A stretch of 38,171 bases of DNA from Octopus bimaculoides (GCF_001194135.2 NC_068983.1:158440573-158478743); one strand, 5' to 3'. Counted from the first letter of the stretch, positions 1 to 10,832 are shown. Notes: generated from the letters alone by a model not told the origin. Made by a program: numbers and translations.

Positions 1-99
1 ATTATACTCATTTATTGTGCTTTTAATTATTAATTTTTCTATATGTGATAGTGGATTTTCATCGATGAGTTCTTGAAAATTGGTTATTTTCCCTAAAAC

Positions 100-123
100 T
101 ATATATATATATATATATATATA
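100..123. repeat. (TA)n microsatellite
   Basis: Perfect TA run read directly. Confidence 0.95.
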
Positions 124-269
124 AACAATATATGAGTATATGCATATATATGTACATGTATGTATATACGTTCATCTACATGTATATATAGATACATAAC
201 TGGGTACATGACGTGGCAAAAGAACAAGGACAAAATGGTAAACAAGGTGCAACAAACAAGCAGGCCACA

Positions 270-330
270 TAGAAACATCCCCTTCATCAGCTGCCACCAT
301 TAAAACTCCGGCGTTTCGAAGAATTAAGGC
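270..330 (-). ncRNA. Degenerate hammerhead-ribozyme-like motif, possibly from a Penelope-like element terminus
   Basis: Minus strand reads CTTC-GAAA-CGCCGGAGTT-TTAATGGTGGCAG-CTGATGA-AGGGGA. Both core boxes are present, with near-palindromic ACGCCGGAGT after GAA. No convincing stem I. Confidence 0.3.
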
Positions 331-1317
331 AGTACGCATCGTTAAAATGGTTCTTCCCGCGAACACAAATTAAATATATTCAATCTCAAAAATACTCACG
401 GGCGCATTTGCACCAAATTTCAATATAGGTAGTGGAAAAATAGCATAGAGAAGGCAAGTCTAGTAGTGCGATAAAGAGCTCCTCTCCCCTATGTCTCTCT
501 GAACTCCATAGCTCTTCGTATAATAAATGAAAAATTAAAAGAAGACTGAACAACTATTTCTGGCAAAGTCAATGGAAAATAGTGAGGAGAGAGGTACAGA
601 TTAGGCTGAGTCTGTGAATGACTTTATATAAATCAGTATGAAGTATAAAAAAGAGTCTCTCCTTTAAAAGATAAAAAAGAGATGGTTAAATCCAAAGTAT
701 GCTTGTAATTAAATTATAGTCTGATTGATAATTAAGGTCCTGCAATCTTGTTTTGAGGTCTTTTTTAATTAATGTGTTAATACTGCTTTGCAATACAGCT
801 CATATTAACTTCAAGGAATACAGCCTACATTACTCTGAAAGATTCCTTCATACCAACTTTTAAATGCACCCTCTTTGGTAAAGAACGGTAAAAAGAGAAT
901 CTACTGCTGTTGGCACCGTCACTATCGTCACCTACTGATACTTAAATCATAATGGTAACATTAACATTCCTTTGCTGTAAATGAATATTCAATATTTCAT
1001 CAGTAAAAATGCCATTACGCCTTTAGCTTAAATTATGAGAATTTCTCATCGGAAAGTAAATTCAAAGTTTGTCTTCTGAATAACAAGAAAATATAAATTT
1101 TAAATGAAATAGTTTTTTGAAGATGTGTTATTGTTTTCAATGGATTTAAATCTGCTTTAAATTATTGACTCCATGAGTATCCTATTTAATGCTAACAAAA
1201 CTTATTCAGCCATTTCTAATTGGACGGAAGCACGAAATCGATATATCTTATACGATCGGAAGGGTGAGCGATTCGTTGTAATAGCATTGAAAAACTTTTT
1301 CATGGGGAAGACACTAT

Positions 1318-1420
1318 AGCTCATTCAGCTTGCCAGAAATAAAAGCTAAATCTCCCCCCATTCATGTTAAAATTCTATCAAGTCTGGCTTATATGGATTT
1401 TTAGCTACGACTAGCTAGAT
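1318..1420. repeat. Fragment of a dispersed repeat family; related copies near 4875-4990 and 17265-17400
   Basis: Shared motif similar to CAGC/CCTGCTAGAAATAGCAGCCAAATCTCC and GATTC...TTTGAA/CGA in three places, aligned by eye. Confidence 0.45.
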
Positions 1421-2717
1421 TCACTTTGAAATTTTTAAAGGTTTTTAGATATAATTGTACTAGTTATATCTTACACATATTGTATCACCCACTTGTATTG
1501 ATTGATAATATAAACAATGCTGCTACTTTTTAACTCAGATTATAGTTCTATTGCTACACGTATGCATGAAGCCTCTTCTTTTCCGACGATACCACAAATT
1601 TGAGTCATCGTTTGTTTTGTCGTTTGGTCTTTTTTGTTTTGTTTTCTTTTTCTGTTCATAAAATATTTTTCACCAACAACTGTAAGTACATTCAGTCTTA
1701 GCTTCTCACAGGAATTGTACACTTTATTCACATGCAATTTCAACAACCCATGCTAGGCCAGAGTTCTTATCAATAGAAAATTCCAAACCATCCTGGCATT
1801 CAGTAGCACTAAAACACTGAAATTACATACAGCTATAAAGTGTAAATATATATACATAGATACATATACATATAGATATACACACATACAGACACACACA
1901 TACATACACACTCGCACGCACGCATTTTTACTAAGGATATTTGGAAATTTAAGTTATAAAAATTCCCGCATCTGGTTATGCTGTGTACGTAGCTGTAATC
2001 ACCGAGAGAAAAATTACAGTCGGTTTCTAGTCTTTCTTGAGCCTCACTGTTCCTTTTGTAGGGGTACCATCCTGCATACTTGAAAGCCATCACATACTAG
2101 ATCACATCTAAAAAAATACGTTCACTTCACAGGCCAACTCACGTTGAAAAATTGACAATTTGTGTCGTTCATCAGTCTCTTCTGTTGCAACCATAATGAA
2201 CTCGCTTGTTATATGTCTTCCCACTGATGTGCATCAATGCGCTTATTTCTCTAATTCGTGCCACATGACTTCTACCAGATCACATTATCGTTGCTCATAT
2301 ATTTTTTAAAATTATTAATCTGCAACAAGAAAAAATCTAAATATCAACAGGTCCATAGCATTATCATTCTCCCACCAACAAAGTACTGTTTCTTTTAAAC
2401 TGGTCACAAGTACAGATGACTTGTTATATATCACAAAGCTATTACTGATAACTAGCAATAGTTTCTACCTTGAGCTGCAGAATAAAAACGTGTTTTATGA
2501 GATAATCAACAGCATTAGTATAAAATATAATCAATATCCTATCACGCATTTAACTATTTCCAATACTTCTATTTTCTACACCACCACTTCTACTTTCTAG
2601 TCCTCTTTTCCTTTTCATTTTATTTCATTTCTCTTCCGAAACTGTCAACTTTTATGTTTATCTCCAAGTTTCAAGCTTTGATTCGGGTATATCAATATTA
2701 AAGGAACACGCTATTAA

Positions 2718-3508
2718 GGTGTCCGGTCAATTCGTCGGCAGCAATTTGTCGTCGTTTAATTACACCCTAGTCAATTCGTCGTGGGTCAATTCGTCGTGGG
2801 TCGATTCGTCCCCAAGTCAATTCGTCGTCAATCAATCCATGGGAAAAATGGAAGAACAAATATCTGAATTAAAGAACTTTTATTTTAAAGTTTGCTCTAT
2901 TACATATTTATTTTTTCTTACAATTTAAGATTGTGTGCAATTGCTTTTAGAAAAATGACTTTTTGGCTAGGATCATATTTTTCCGTGACATTTTTTATGC
3001 GCAGGTTCATATCTCTGTATATTTTCTTTTGGCTTGGTTCTTCTCCTTGCATAAACTTCTGCAATTTGGTACTGGCAAACCTTTCCTCACATTTAATCAC
3101 ATCAATAAGTCTGCAAATATTTGGATGACTAATATTCACTGTGTTTTTCTGCGCGCTGAGGTGGTCCTATATAATTATTTTCAAAATAGATGGTCTTATA
3201 TAATTATTTTCAAAATAGGATACAAATGACTATGGAATATCATGCATCATCTACAAGTTGTTCTTATCAATCTACAATATCATCAACCGGCAGGAAGGCA
3301 AGGGCGACAAAACACTGCATTTTTAGACTAAAACTGTCATCTTCGTAACATCTGCATTTTAGTCCTTCTTGAGCAGCATGCTTATACACATTTTGTCCTA
3401 AATGAAACAAGCAGCATACCAAATTCGACTCAGGAAATGATTCGACGAATTGACTGGGGACAAATTAATCGACAACGAAATCACCGGGGAGGGAGTGTCC
3501 TAGCACCC
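2718..3508 (-). mobile_element. Internally deleted Mutator-like (MULE) DNA transposon
   Basis: GGTG...CACC termini. Arrays of GTCAATTCGTCG at the left (2725-2830) and its reverse complement CGACGAATTGAC at the right (3420-3486). Flanks CTATTAA / CTAATTAA look like a decayed TSD. Carries a transposase remnant. Confidence 0.85.
2918..3419 (-). pseudogene. MULE transposase remnant (C-terminal half)
   Basis: Translates VCCLFHLGQNVYK...FVALAFLPVDD**...YFENNYI...HPNICRLIDVIKCEE...KKIYRDMNLRIKN...FLKAIAHNL. The CxFH, ALAFLP, HPNI and AIAHNL motifs are typical of animal MULE transposases. Contains stops and frameshifts. Confidence 0.85.
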
Positions 3509-4084
3509 TAATTAACACGTATTCTTATCATTCACGCAAATAATTCCTTCCCCATGTTTTTTACAGAAAGGGTAACAACTTTACACCACTAAACTAAAAT
3601 TTCATCTAAAACTAGTAAATATCATATCATATTGAAGGTGGGAATAAAACAGTATCAGAAAGGAAATAAAACAGAAGCCTATTCATATACGTAAATGATG
3701 TATTTATTATCTTTTAGCTGGAATTATTTTGTTTAAAATTATGAAGAAAGGATATATACTCCGGAAGTATCCTTGAAGTTTTCTTTTTCTTAATTAATAA
3801 TAAAACGATATGCAATATTCATATACTTTTCATATCCTTCCAGACTAGCGAGACGGACAACGCTGCTCTTAAAGTTTAACGTCTGTAAATCGATGCTATG
3901 AATAAAAAATGTCGACAGAGAGCTAATTCCTGAGATGATGATTAGAGGAGAAGAGAGGCAAGTGCATCGGGTGAGTCGATAAATCGTATGATGTGTAGCT
4001 AACTATTTTACGATTACAGAGACCGTTGTAAAAGCTTTTGAACAGAGATCATATAGTTGTACAAGTTTTGGAATCCAGAAGTTA

Positions 4085-4189
4085 TAGTATGCTGAGGATT
4101 ATATTATAGCAATCAAACGAATATCCTTCTTTTCGATATTATCCAGGATGTGTTTGGGTAGCAGATACAACATAATCCTAAGCATTAGT
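4085..4189 (-). other. Long imperfect inverted repeat (hairpin of about 105 nt)
   Basis: ATGCTGAGGATTATATTATAGC..CAAAC..ATCCT pairs with AGGAT..GTTTG..GC..TACAACATAATCCTAAGCAT. Two A/C mismatches on + become G-U pairs on the minus strand. Confidence 0.75.
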
Positions 4190-4434
4190 AAAATCTCAAT
4201 GTGTGTTTTTATAGAGAGGTGACAATTGATCAGAGGCAAATTATTTTCTGGCTCTTAAAATGGAGTCTAGTTTTGGGGATTCAGACAATGTGTAACGTCG
4301 CCAAAAGAGAAATGAGTAATTTTTATATGTGTATGCAGCTTTTGTAACGATTATGTAGACTTTAGGAACGTGTTGTTCAGTTATAGGAAATATATTGCAA
4401 GATTGTAACTGTGATATGTATAGAGATTGCATCT

Positions 4435-4447
4435 GGGGGGGGGGGGG
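4435..4447. repeat. G13 homopolymer
   Basis: Read directly. Confidence 0.95.
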
Positions 4448-6187
4448 TTGAAGTTGTTTAATTTTTCATATTTCAGTTTAACGAGGTTATTTTATTATTT
4501 TTTGGCATGATGTATAATTTACACTGCATGTTGAATAGCGTCTGTGTTCAGAAGATTAAAAACAAATAAATCGTAATGTCACCTGTGTAGAAATAACTGG
4601 AGGAAGTGGTTGAACGGAAGAGTGTAGTAGATATAACTGAACCTTGAAGAACATCAGAGTTGATATAATATTGGCCTGAAGGCGCTGTCAATACACACAG
4701 CAAAGGAGTTATCTTATAAAAACATTTAATAAAAAAAATAGCACAAAGGAAAGGACCATCTAGTCTATTTAAATAAGACTAAGAATTTAATACTTTGCAT
4801 ATTCTTTAGGATAGTTTTTGGCAGAAATCTGAGGCGTGCAAACAAAATAATGATTTAACGAGATAGTGTCTTTGCAATCATTCATCCTGCAAAAAATAAC
4901 AGCCATAAACTTTCCCGTCTTAAAAGAAATTGCACATTAGATAGTTTAGTCCTTCATAACGTCTAAAACGACTGTATAGTCGGGATTCGAGCAGTTATAT
5001 TGATGTTATAAAATAAATACTAATCCAATACTGGAGTTGGCTTAATTGAATATAACCTGTCAACAAAATTTGTGGCTTTATACTTTAAAATTTTGTATAA
5101 CCCTAAAAGTAGGATGGGTTTGATGGTGACAGTACAACGTGAGACACAGTGTTCTTCTGTGATAAGTTAGAAACTATAAAATGCTGAGCAGTTTAAACGT
5201 TGACTGATCAGTCAATTGATTGCTAAATTAAAGACAGGGTTCTTCAATTCAATTGTGTTCTTCTATAAAAAAAAAAAAAAAGAAAGAAACCTGTTGTAAT
5301 CTGACTGTATATTTTTTGAAAATCTAGTCGTACTTCTGTGCAAATAGGATATGTACAAGTTCTAAACTGACCATTTTTGTTGTGTTCTTAATACCAGATG
5401 ACTGCTGAAAATTAAAATTTGAAAAAAAAAAAAAAATAAACCATCGTTCTGATAAATATGCTATCGGTTTCTTCAAAACTTTTAAAACTTTGTGTAACAA
5501 TAATTAAATGAAATTATTTGGTTCTATGTCTACTAAATCTATTGATGTCGATAGGAGATAGAATTTAATAATATTTCATACAAAAGAAAATGAATTGCAA
5601 AAATACACCACGGAGAAGAGAGAAAAGGCAAAGGGAAGAAAAAGTCAAAGAAAACTCAGCATGTCAGTATGGTTTGAAAAATTAATAAAATATTTCTACA
5701 GGAGGTTGCGTGAGTGTTATCTAACATATACCATATGACTAAGTTTAAAACTACATTTCATGAATAGATTTATACAACATAGAATACCATTGCATGATTA
5801 AACCATAATACTGTTCTCATCAGTGTCTCGATCTCAATATGTGGTCTTGCTATTTTCTGTAGATAAAAGACGGGGACTTGTGTGACGGCTGACCATAGCA
5901 CATCAGGAAGACTTGATGAAATGCAATGAGAAATGCAGAAAATAAACATCTGTAATGAAACAACAGCTGCAATAATAAATGGTAAAAATAATAAACATAG
6001 TTCATGAGAAGTGTGGATTTGTGTGAATGCACTTGATATTAGACCAGGAGATTCTGAGAGTAATTACTGTTTATCTATGGATTCATTTAGTGATCAACAC
6101 AGAAATATATAAATAGAGATTCTTATTAATAGAAACCACAGTAATATTAACAAAATATACAGCATACATGTACTAATTTAGCTACAT

Positions 6188-6196
<9 letters not shown>

Positions 6197-6264
<68 letters not shown>
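6197..6264. repeat. (CA)n microsatellite
   Basis: Read directly. Confidence 0.95.
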
Positions 6265-6268
<4 letters not shown>

Positions 6269-6453
6269 TGTAAGTATGCATTGTTTGCGCATATTTGTCT
6301 CCAATTGTGTAAACGTCTGTATTAATGAGTGACAGAGACAAAATGTGCATATGCATATGGCACACACACACATACACACACACCATGTACATACACACAG
6401 GCATACATACATGTACATAAAGGCACGTATATCTGTTCATATATGTATGTTTG

Positions 6454-6455
<2 letters not shown>

Positions 6456-6518
<63 letters not shown>
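6456..6518. repeat. (TG)n microsatellite
   Basis: Read directly. Confidence 0.95.
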
Positions 6519-6520
<2 letters not shown>

Positions 6521-6701
6521 TTAGTACGGATGATAGGACAAACGAAAGAAAAAGGCACTCAACGTATTTCGTTGGAGTTATTTACTGCTTAAAACAGTTT
6601 GATTCAGTCCCTTATGGGTTTCTGCAAGGAGCCCATGACACTTTAAGTTACATGAGGCCGAATCAAAATGTTTTAAACAGCATGCACTGCTCTCTCATTC
6701 A

Positions 6702-6750
6702 ATGATGATAATGATGATTATGATGATGATGATGATGATGATGATAATAA
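6702..6750. repeat. (GAT)/(AAT)n imperfect microsatellite
   Basis: Read directly. Confidence 0.9.
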
Positions 6751-7097
6751 TGCCTTAGACTTTCTCAAAACTACACGAACGAATGCCTTAAACTTGCCCA
6801 AAACCACTACAAGTTGTGCCGACAAAACCAAGTAGCGAAAGTGCTACATTGGAAACTGTGCAAAAAGTATTGGCTAGCGAGAGGCAAAACTTGGTATGAA
6901 CGCAAACCCCGCAGAAAGTGGTACAGTCGGAGACTAGCAAAATTCCCTGTGATTTCCCAATCCAAATAGATCAGATGCTAGAGCTTAACAGACCGGACCT
7001 AGTGATGGTGGACAAGGTTATATAGTTGACGTTGCATATGTTATATAGTTGACGTTGCATGCCCCTTTGACCCACGAATAGTCGAGAAGGATGGTGA

Positions 7098-7152
<55 letters not shown>

Positions 7153-7452
7153 CAACCCTCTTAAGTACGAAATAGCTCGGCTGTGGTAAGTAAAGAAGGT
7201 GAAGATAGTGCCAATTATTGTGGGGTCCTAGGGGAACGGTATCAGCAGGTATCAAGAGGAATATAAAGGAAATTGGAATAAAGTGCCCAGTAGTACTGTT
7301 ACAAAAGTTTTGCCTCCTTGGCATGGCCAGAATAATCAGGAAAGTATTTGATAGATGAAACGAACGAATAGCGTGGTACCGTAGTCTGTAGCTAGTAAGC
7401 CCGCTACGTATGCAAGACTCCAGGAGCTGCAACAAAACCTGTGATAAAGAGA
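6748..7452 (+). mobile_element. R4/Dong-clade (RLE) non-LTR retrotransposon, 5'-truncated 3' end with 3' UTR
   Basis: Translates ECLKLAQNHYKLCRQNQVAKVLHWKLCKKY...WYERKP...NRPDLVMVDK...IVDVACPFD...KIDRYNPLKYEIARLW...VPIIVG...LLGMARIIRKVFDR*. This is a PD-(D/E)xK restriction-like endonuclease tail, followed by a short UTR and (TAA)n. Confidence 0.88.
7101..7152 (+). repeat. (GATA)13 microsatellite expanded inside the LINE coding remnant
   Basis: Sits on codons AAG ATA GAT AGA TAC (KIDRY). Confidence 0.95.
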
Positions 7453-7453
7453 A

Positions 7454-7535
<82 letters not shown>
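7453..7535. repeat. (AAT)n microsatellite, LINE tail or target
   Basis: Read directly; directly 3' of the LINE UTR. Confidence 0.95.
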
Positions 7536-7680
7536 TTGTTCAAAGCACCAATAAATAAGTTACTTTCGAGTTGCGCTTTTTGTCATTAAGTTGGCCTTGG
7601 TGATGGAATACATCAGCTATGTATACCTTAGTGATGGATTGTGTCAATCGTATACAAACGTAAAGAACTCATCTCTCTAT

Positions 7681-7682
<2 letters not shown>

Positions 7683-7760
<78 letters not shown>

Positions 7761-7767
7761 TATAATA

Positions 7768-7829
<62 letters not shown>
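7683..7829. repeat. (AAT)n microsatellite with one interruption
   Basis: Read directly; directly 5' of the second LINE fragment. Confidence 0.95.
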
Positions 7830-8575
7830 GGGTGAGGAAGCTAATGAAGTTAAAGCTAAATGGTCTAGTTAATCTAGTTAAGGTTCTAAATACTTGGACA
7901 GTATCATTGCTTAGATACTCAGCAGCTTTTGTAGATTGGACAAAAATTGAATTAGCAAAGCTAGACAAAAGCAATTCAACATGAATGGAGGACTCCAGCC
8001 AAGGGCAGGGGTAGGAAGATTATACCTACCTAGTAAGAAAGGTGAAAGAAGGTTAATATCAGTGGAAGACTGCGTGGAGTTAGCTAGAGTATATGGACTC
8101 CTATATCGGTAATAGTGAAGAAAGTTTATTAAAATCTGCTAGAGCCACAGCAAGACATAGTAGGGAAACCAAAACACCAAAACGAAGTTAAAAACCAGAA
8201 AAAAGAACAGAAATTATCTAACTAGCAGGAAAAGGTGTTGCATGGTAGATAGTTTCAGCAAATAGTAGTAATGAGACATGGTTATGGCTGCAAAAAGGAA
8301 AGCTGCAGAGGGAGACAGAAAGTTTGTTAGTGGCTACATAAGATCAAGCATTAAGGAACAATTGGATAAAAGCCAAAATAGACAAAAACCAAGTAGATTC
8401 CCAATGTAGATTATGCAAATCAAAAGAGGAAAACGTTACTCATATAGTTACTCATATAGTGCTGGCACAGAAAGAATACAAGAAAAGACATGACAATCTA
8501 GGGAGAACAATCCACTGGGAGCTTTGTAGAAAGCTAGGATTTGAACATACTGATAAATGCTATGAACATGAACAT
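7830..8575 (+). mobile_element. R4/Dong-clade LINE fragment (RT thumb through CCHC zinc knuckle)
   Basis: Translates VKVLNTWTVSLLRYSAAFVDWTKIELAKLDK...GRLYLPSKKGERRLISVEDC...WLWLQKGKLQRETESLLVAT*DQAL...SQCRLCKSKEENVTHI...LAQKEYKKRHDNLGRTIHWELCRK. Stops and frameshifts present. Confidence 0.88.
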
Positions 8576-8735
8576 ATTACAGTTCCTATCGATGTTCTTT
8601 TTCGCAATCACTTCTCTTATATGTCTTGACCCGAATACTTGAATTGTAGTGCAATGATCAACTTTTCGGTTTGCTTATTTAAGCCTCCTCTCTTCAGCCA
8701 ATCCAATGTTTTACTGTCATGGCTGCTTTCTGAAC
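8576..8735 (-). mobile_element. Third R4/Dong-like LINE fragment, opposite strand
   Basis: Minus strand KTLDWLKRGGLNKQTEKLIIALQ / ...RHIREVIAKKNIDRNC is homologous to the WLxxGxLxxETExxIxAxQDQ region just before the zinc knuckle. Confidence 0.7.
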
Positions 8736-9617
8736 TCCTGCAAGGCAAAACAAAACAGAAACGTCATTGGAGTGAAGGAGTGGGTTACATTTGACGAATT
8801 TATTAGCATCTCAGATAATTTCAATTACAAAGAATGCAGACTAATGCAGGTAGTTGTCAAAAATGGCGAAAATAAACTAGCGGAATAGAAGAGGTTCCGA
8901 TGAAATTACATTATGATCACCAAAGCCCAAAAGCCTAGTAGCATCAAGCCGAACAACATCCCAAAAGTTTGAGGAAGTTCGTACCTCAAACGGACGAAAT
9001 ATTCTTAAGAGGTGAGAGTAGGGTGTTTTGCACTAGTACAGTCAAAGGTACCACAAAGGAGACTTTTAATGTGAACTATGTCAATAGTGTATCGCTCCAA
9101 GAGAAAGCGTTTCGGAAAGCTCCAGATCTATAGGTAACTACCCTTCTGGATGGTCACTTGTAATCACCTACATGGCAGGTCGGGGGTCTTAGACATGAGA
9201 AACAATAGGGGGCAGGGTCTGGATTTCTTTAAGCATCAAGTGACATTCCTAGAAATATCTGTCATTAGTATTAGTGGGCGATTTAAAAGGCTCCGTTGAC
9301 TCACAGAAAGGCTGTGTGAGCAAAAGCTTCGCAAACCTGATGATGATGTCAAATTTTGTAACAGATTGTTATCGACGGTTGCGTGCCAACTTTTGGACTG
9401 GGCAGCATTGACGACTATTCAGACATACCGGCCGGAAGCGCATAGCTTCTTTTAGGCTAGATGCCTAAGTTGGATCGGTGATGATAAAAACAACAGGAAC
9501 GAAAATCTGGTGAAAAAATATAACATTTCCGTGAGGGGCCAAAGAAGAGTTGCCTTTCATGGATCGGTGTTAGCGGTGACCGAAGGATGTCAGGTTTGTG
9601 TGTGTGTGTGCGCGCGA

Positions 9618-9900
9618 GCGGAGGCACGTGGCCTAGTGGTTAGGCTGTTTCACTCACGACCGCTAGATCGTAAGTTCGATTCCCAGACCGAGCGGCGCGT
9701 TGTGTTCTTTGAGCAAAACACGCCATTTCAAGTTTCTCCTGCCCCACTTTCGATCAGGGAGGTAATGTTGACCTGCTCTCCTAGTCAGCGGGATGTGGCG
9801 TCATTCGAAGGCTAAAACGATGCAAAACGTATTGTGACTAGCGACGTGTAACATCATTCTATTAGCCTGGTCGGTTACGTAATCACGTGGTCACCTGCTA
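9618..9900 (+). mobile_element. tRNA-derived CORE-type SINE
   Basis: A box TGGCCTAGTGG, B box GTTCGATTCC, CORE-like GTTGTGTTCTTTGAGCAAAACAC, (TG)n tail. Homologous reverse copy at 33807-34075. Confidence 0.85.
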
Positions 9901-9946
9901 TGTGTGTGTGCGTGCGTCTGTGTGTGTGTGTTTGTGTGTGAGTGTG

Positions 9947-9980
<34 letters not shown>

Positions 9981-9982
9981 AG
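9901..9982. repeat. (TG)n imperfect microsatellite, SINE tail
   Basis: Read directly. Confidence 0.9.
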
Positions 9983-10320
9983 TTCGTGCGCGTGTATGCT
10001 TTAGCTGTAAATCCTTTATGATTTCATGTTATTTTGGTTCATCTCACTAAAACAGTAGGTGAACAACTCGCAACAGTTCGCTACAGACATGTGAGGTGTG
10101 GCCACTGTGACAGTCACTCGAACTGAAAATAGCTATCAATTTACTGTAAGCACCATACGTGCTTTGTGACAAGTTGATGAAGTCAAGCTATAATAATATA
10201 AGGTACAAAAATAGATGTTGATGTGTTGATGCATATATGCGTTGTTCAACTGATACTACAACAATAAACCATCATTAATTTAGTCTTATATACCGCTATT
10301 AGCAGAGTGTACATTGATAT

Positions 10321-10323
<3 letters not shown>

Positions 10324-10407
<84 letters not shown>

Positions 10408-10448
10408 CACACACGCACACACACACGCACACGCACACACACACACAC
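10324..10448. repeat. Long (CA)n microsatellite
   Basis: Read directly. Confidence 0.95.
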
Positions 10449-10832
10449 TTTTTTAAAGATTATGAGTGGGTTTGTTTTAAGCTGCAGAACATTATTTTAC
10501 TTGAATTGCTATTGTTATTCCATGCGGAATGTTTTGAGAAAATGTCTTTCAGTGAATAATTCTTTGTAAGGAAACCTAAATTTAATTTTAATAGTTAATT
10601 GAAACAATAATGAAGGAGTAATTCTACTTTCCAAAAGAAAAAAAAATTGTTTTAAGCAACATGGGGGAAGTGAATATAAATTCCGAAGCAAAAGGTTTGG
10701 GGAATATTTACATTGGAAATTATCTAAGGATTAACAGAGCCATTTATATTCGTTTTTCTTCCAGACTGCAGTCGTGTCTTAAATGTCGAAACATTATTTA
10801 ACGTCAGGATTTATTTTCTACTTTTTAACAAC

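Noticed and set aside
2725-2830. Short regular repeats resembling a CRISPR or iteron array
   Set aside because: Units of about 12-15 bp with no unique spacers. They are mirrored at 3420-3486 and explained as MULE subterminal repeats; the context is eukaryotic.
4435-4447. G13 run as a functional G-quadruplex element
   Set aside because: An isolated homopolymer with no supporting context.
6971-7543. Longest listed ORF (190 aa, minus)
   Set aside because: Antisense reading of the LINE remnant plus (ATT)n and (CTAT)n repeats.
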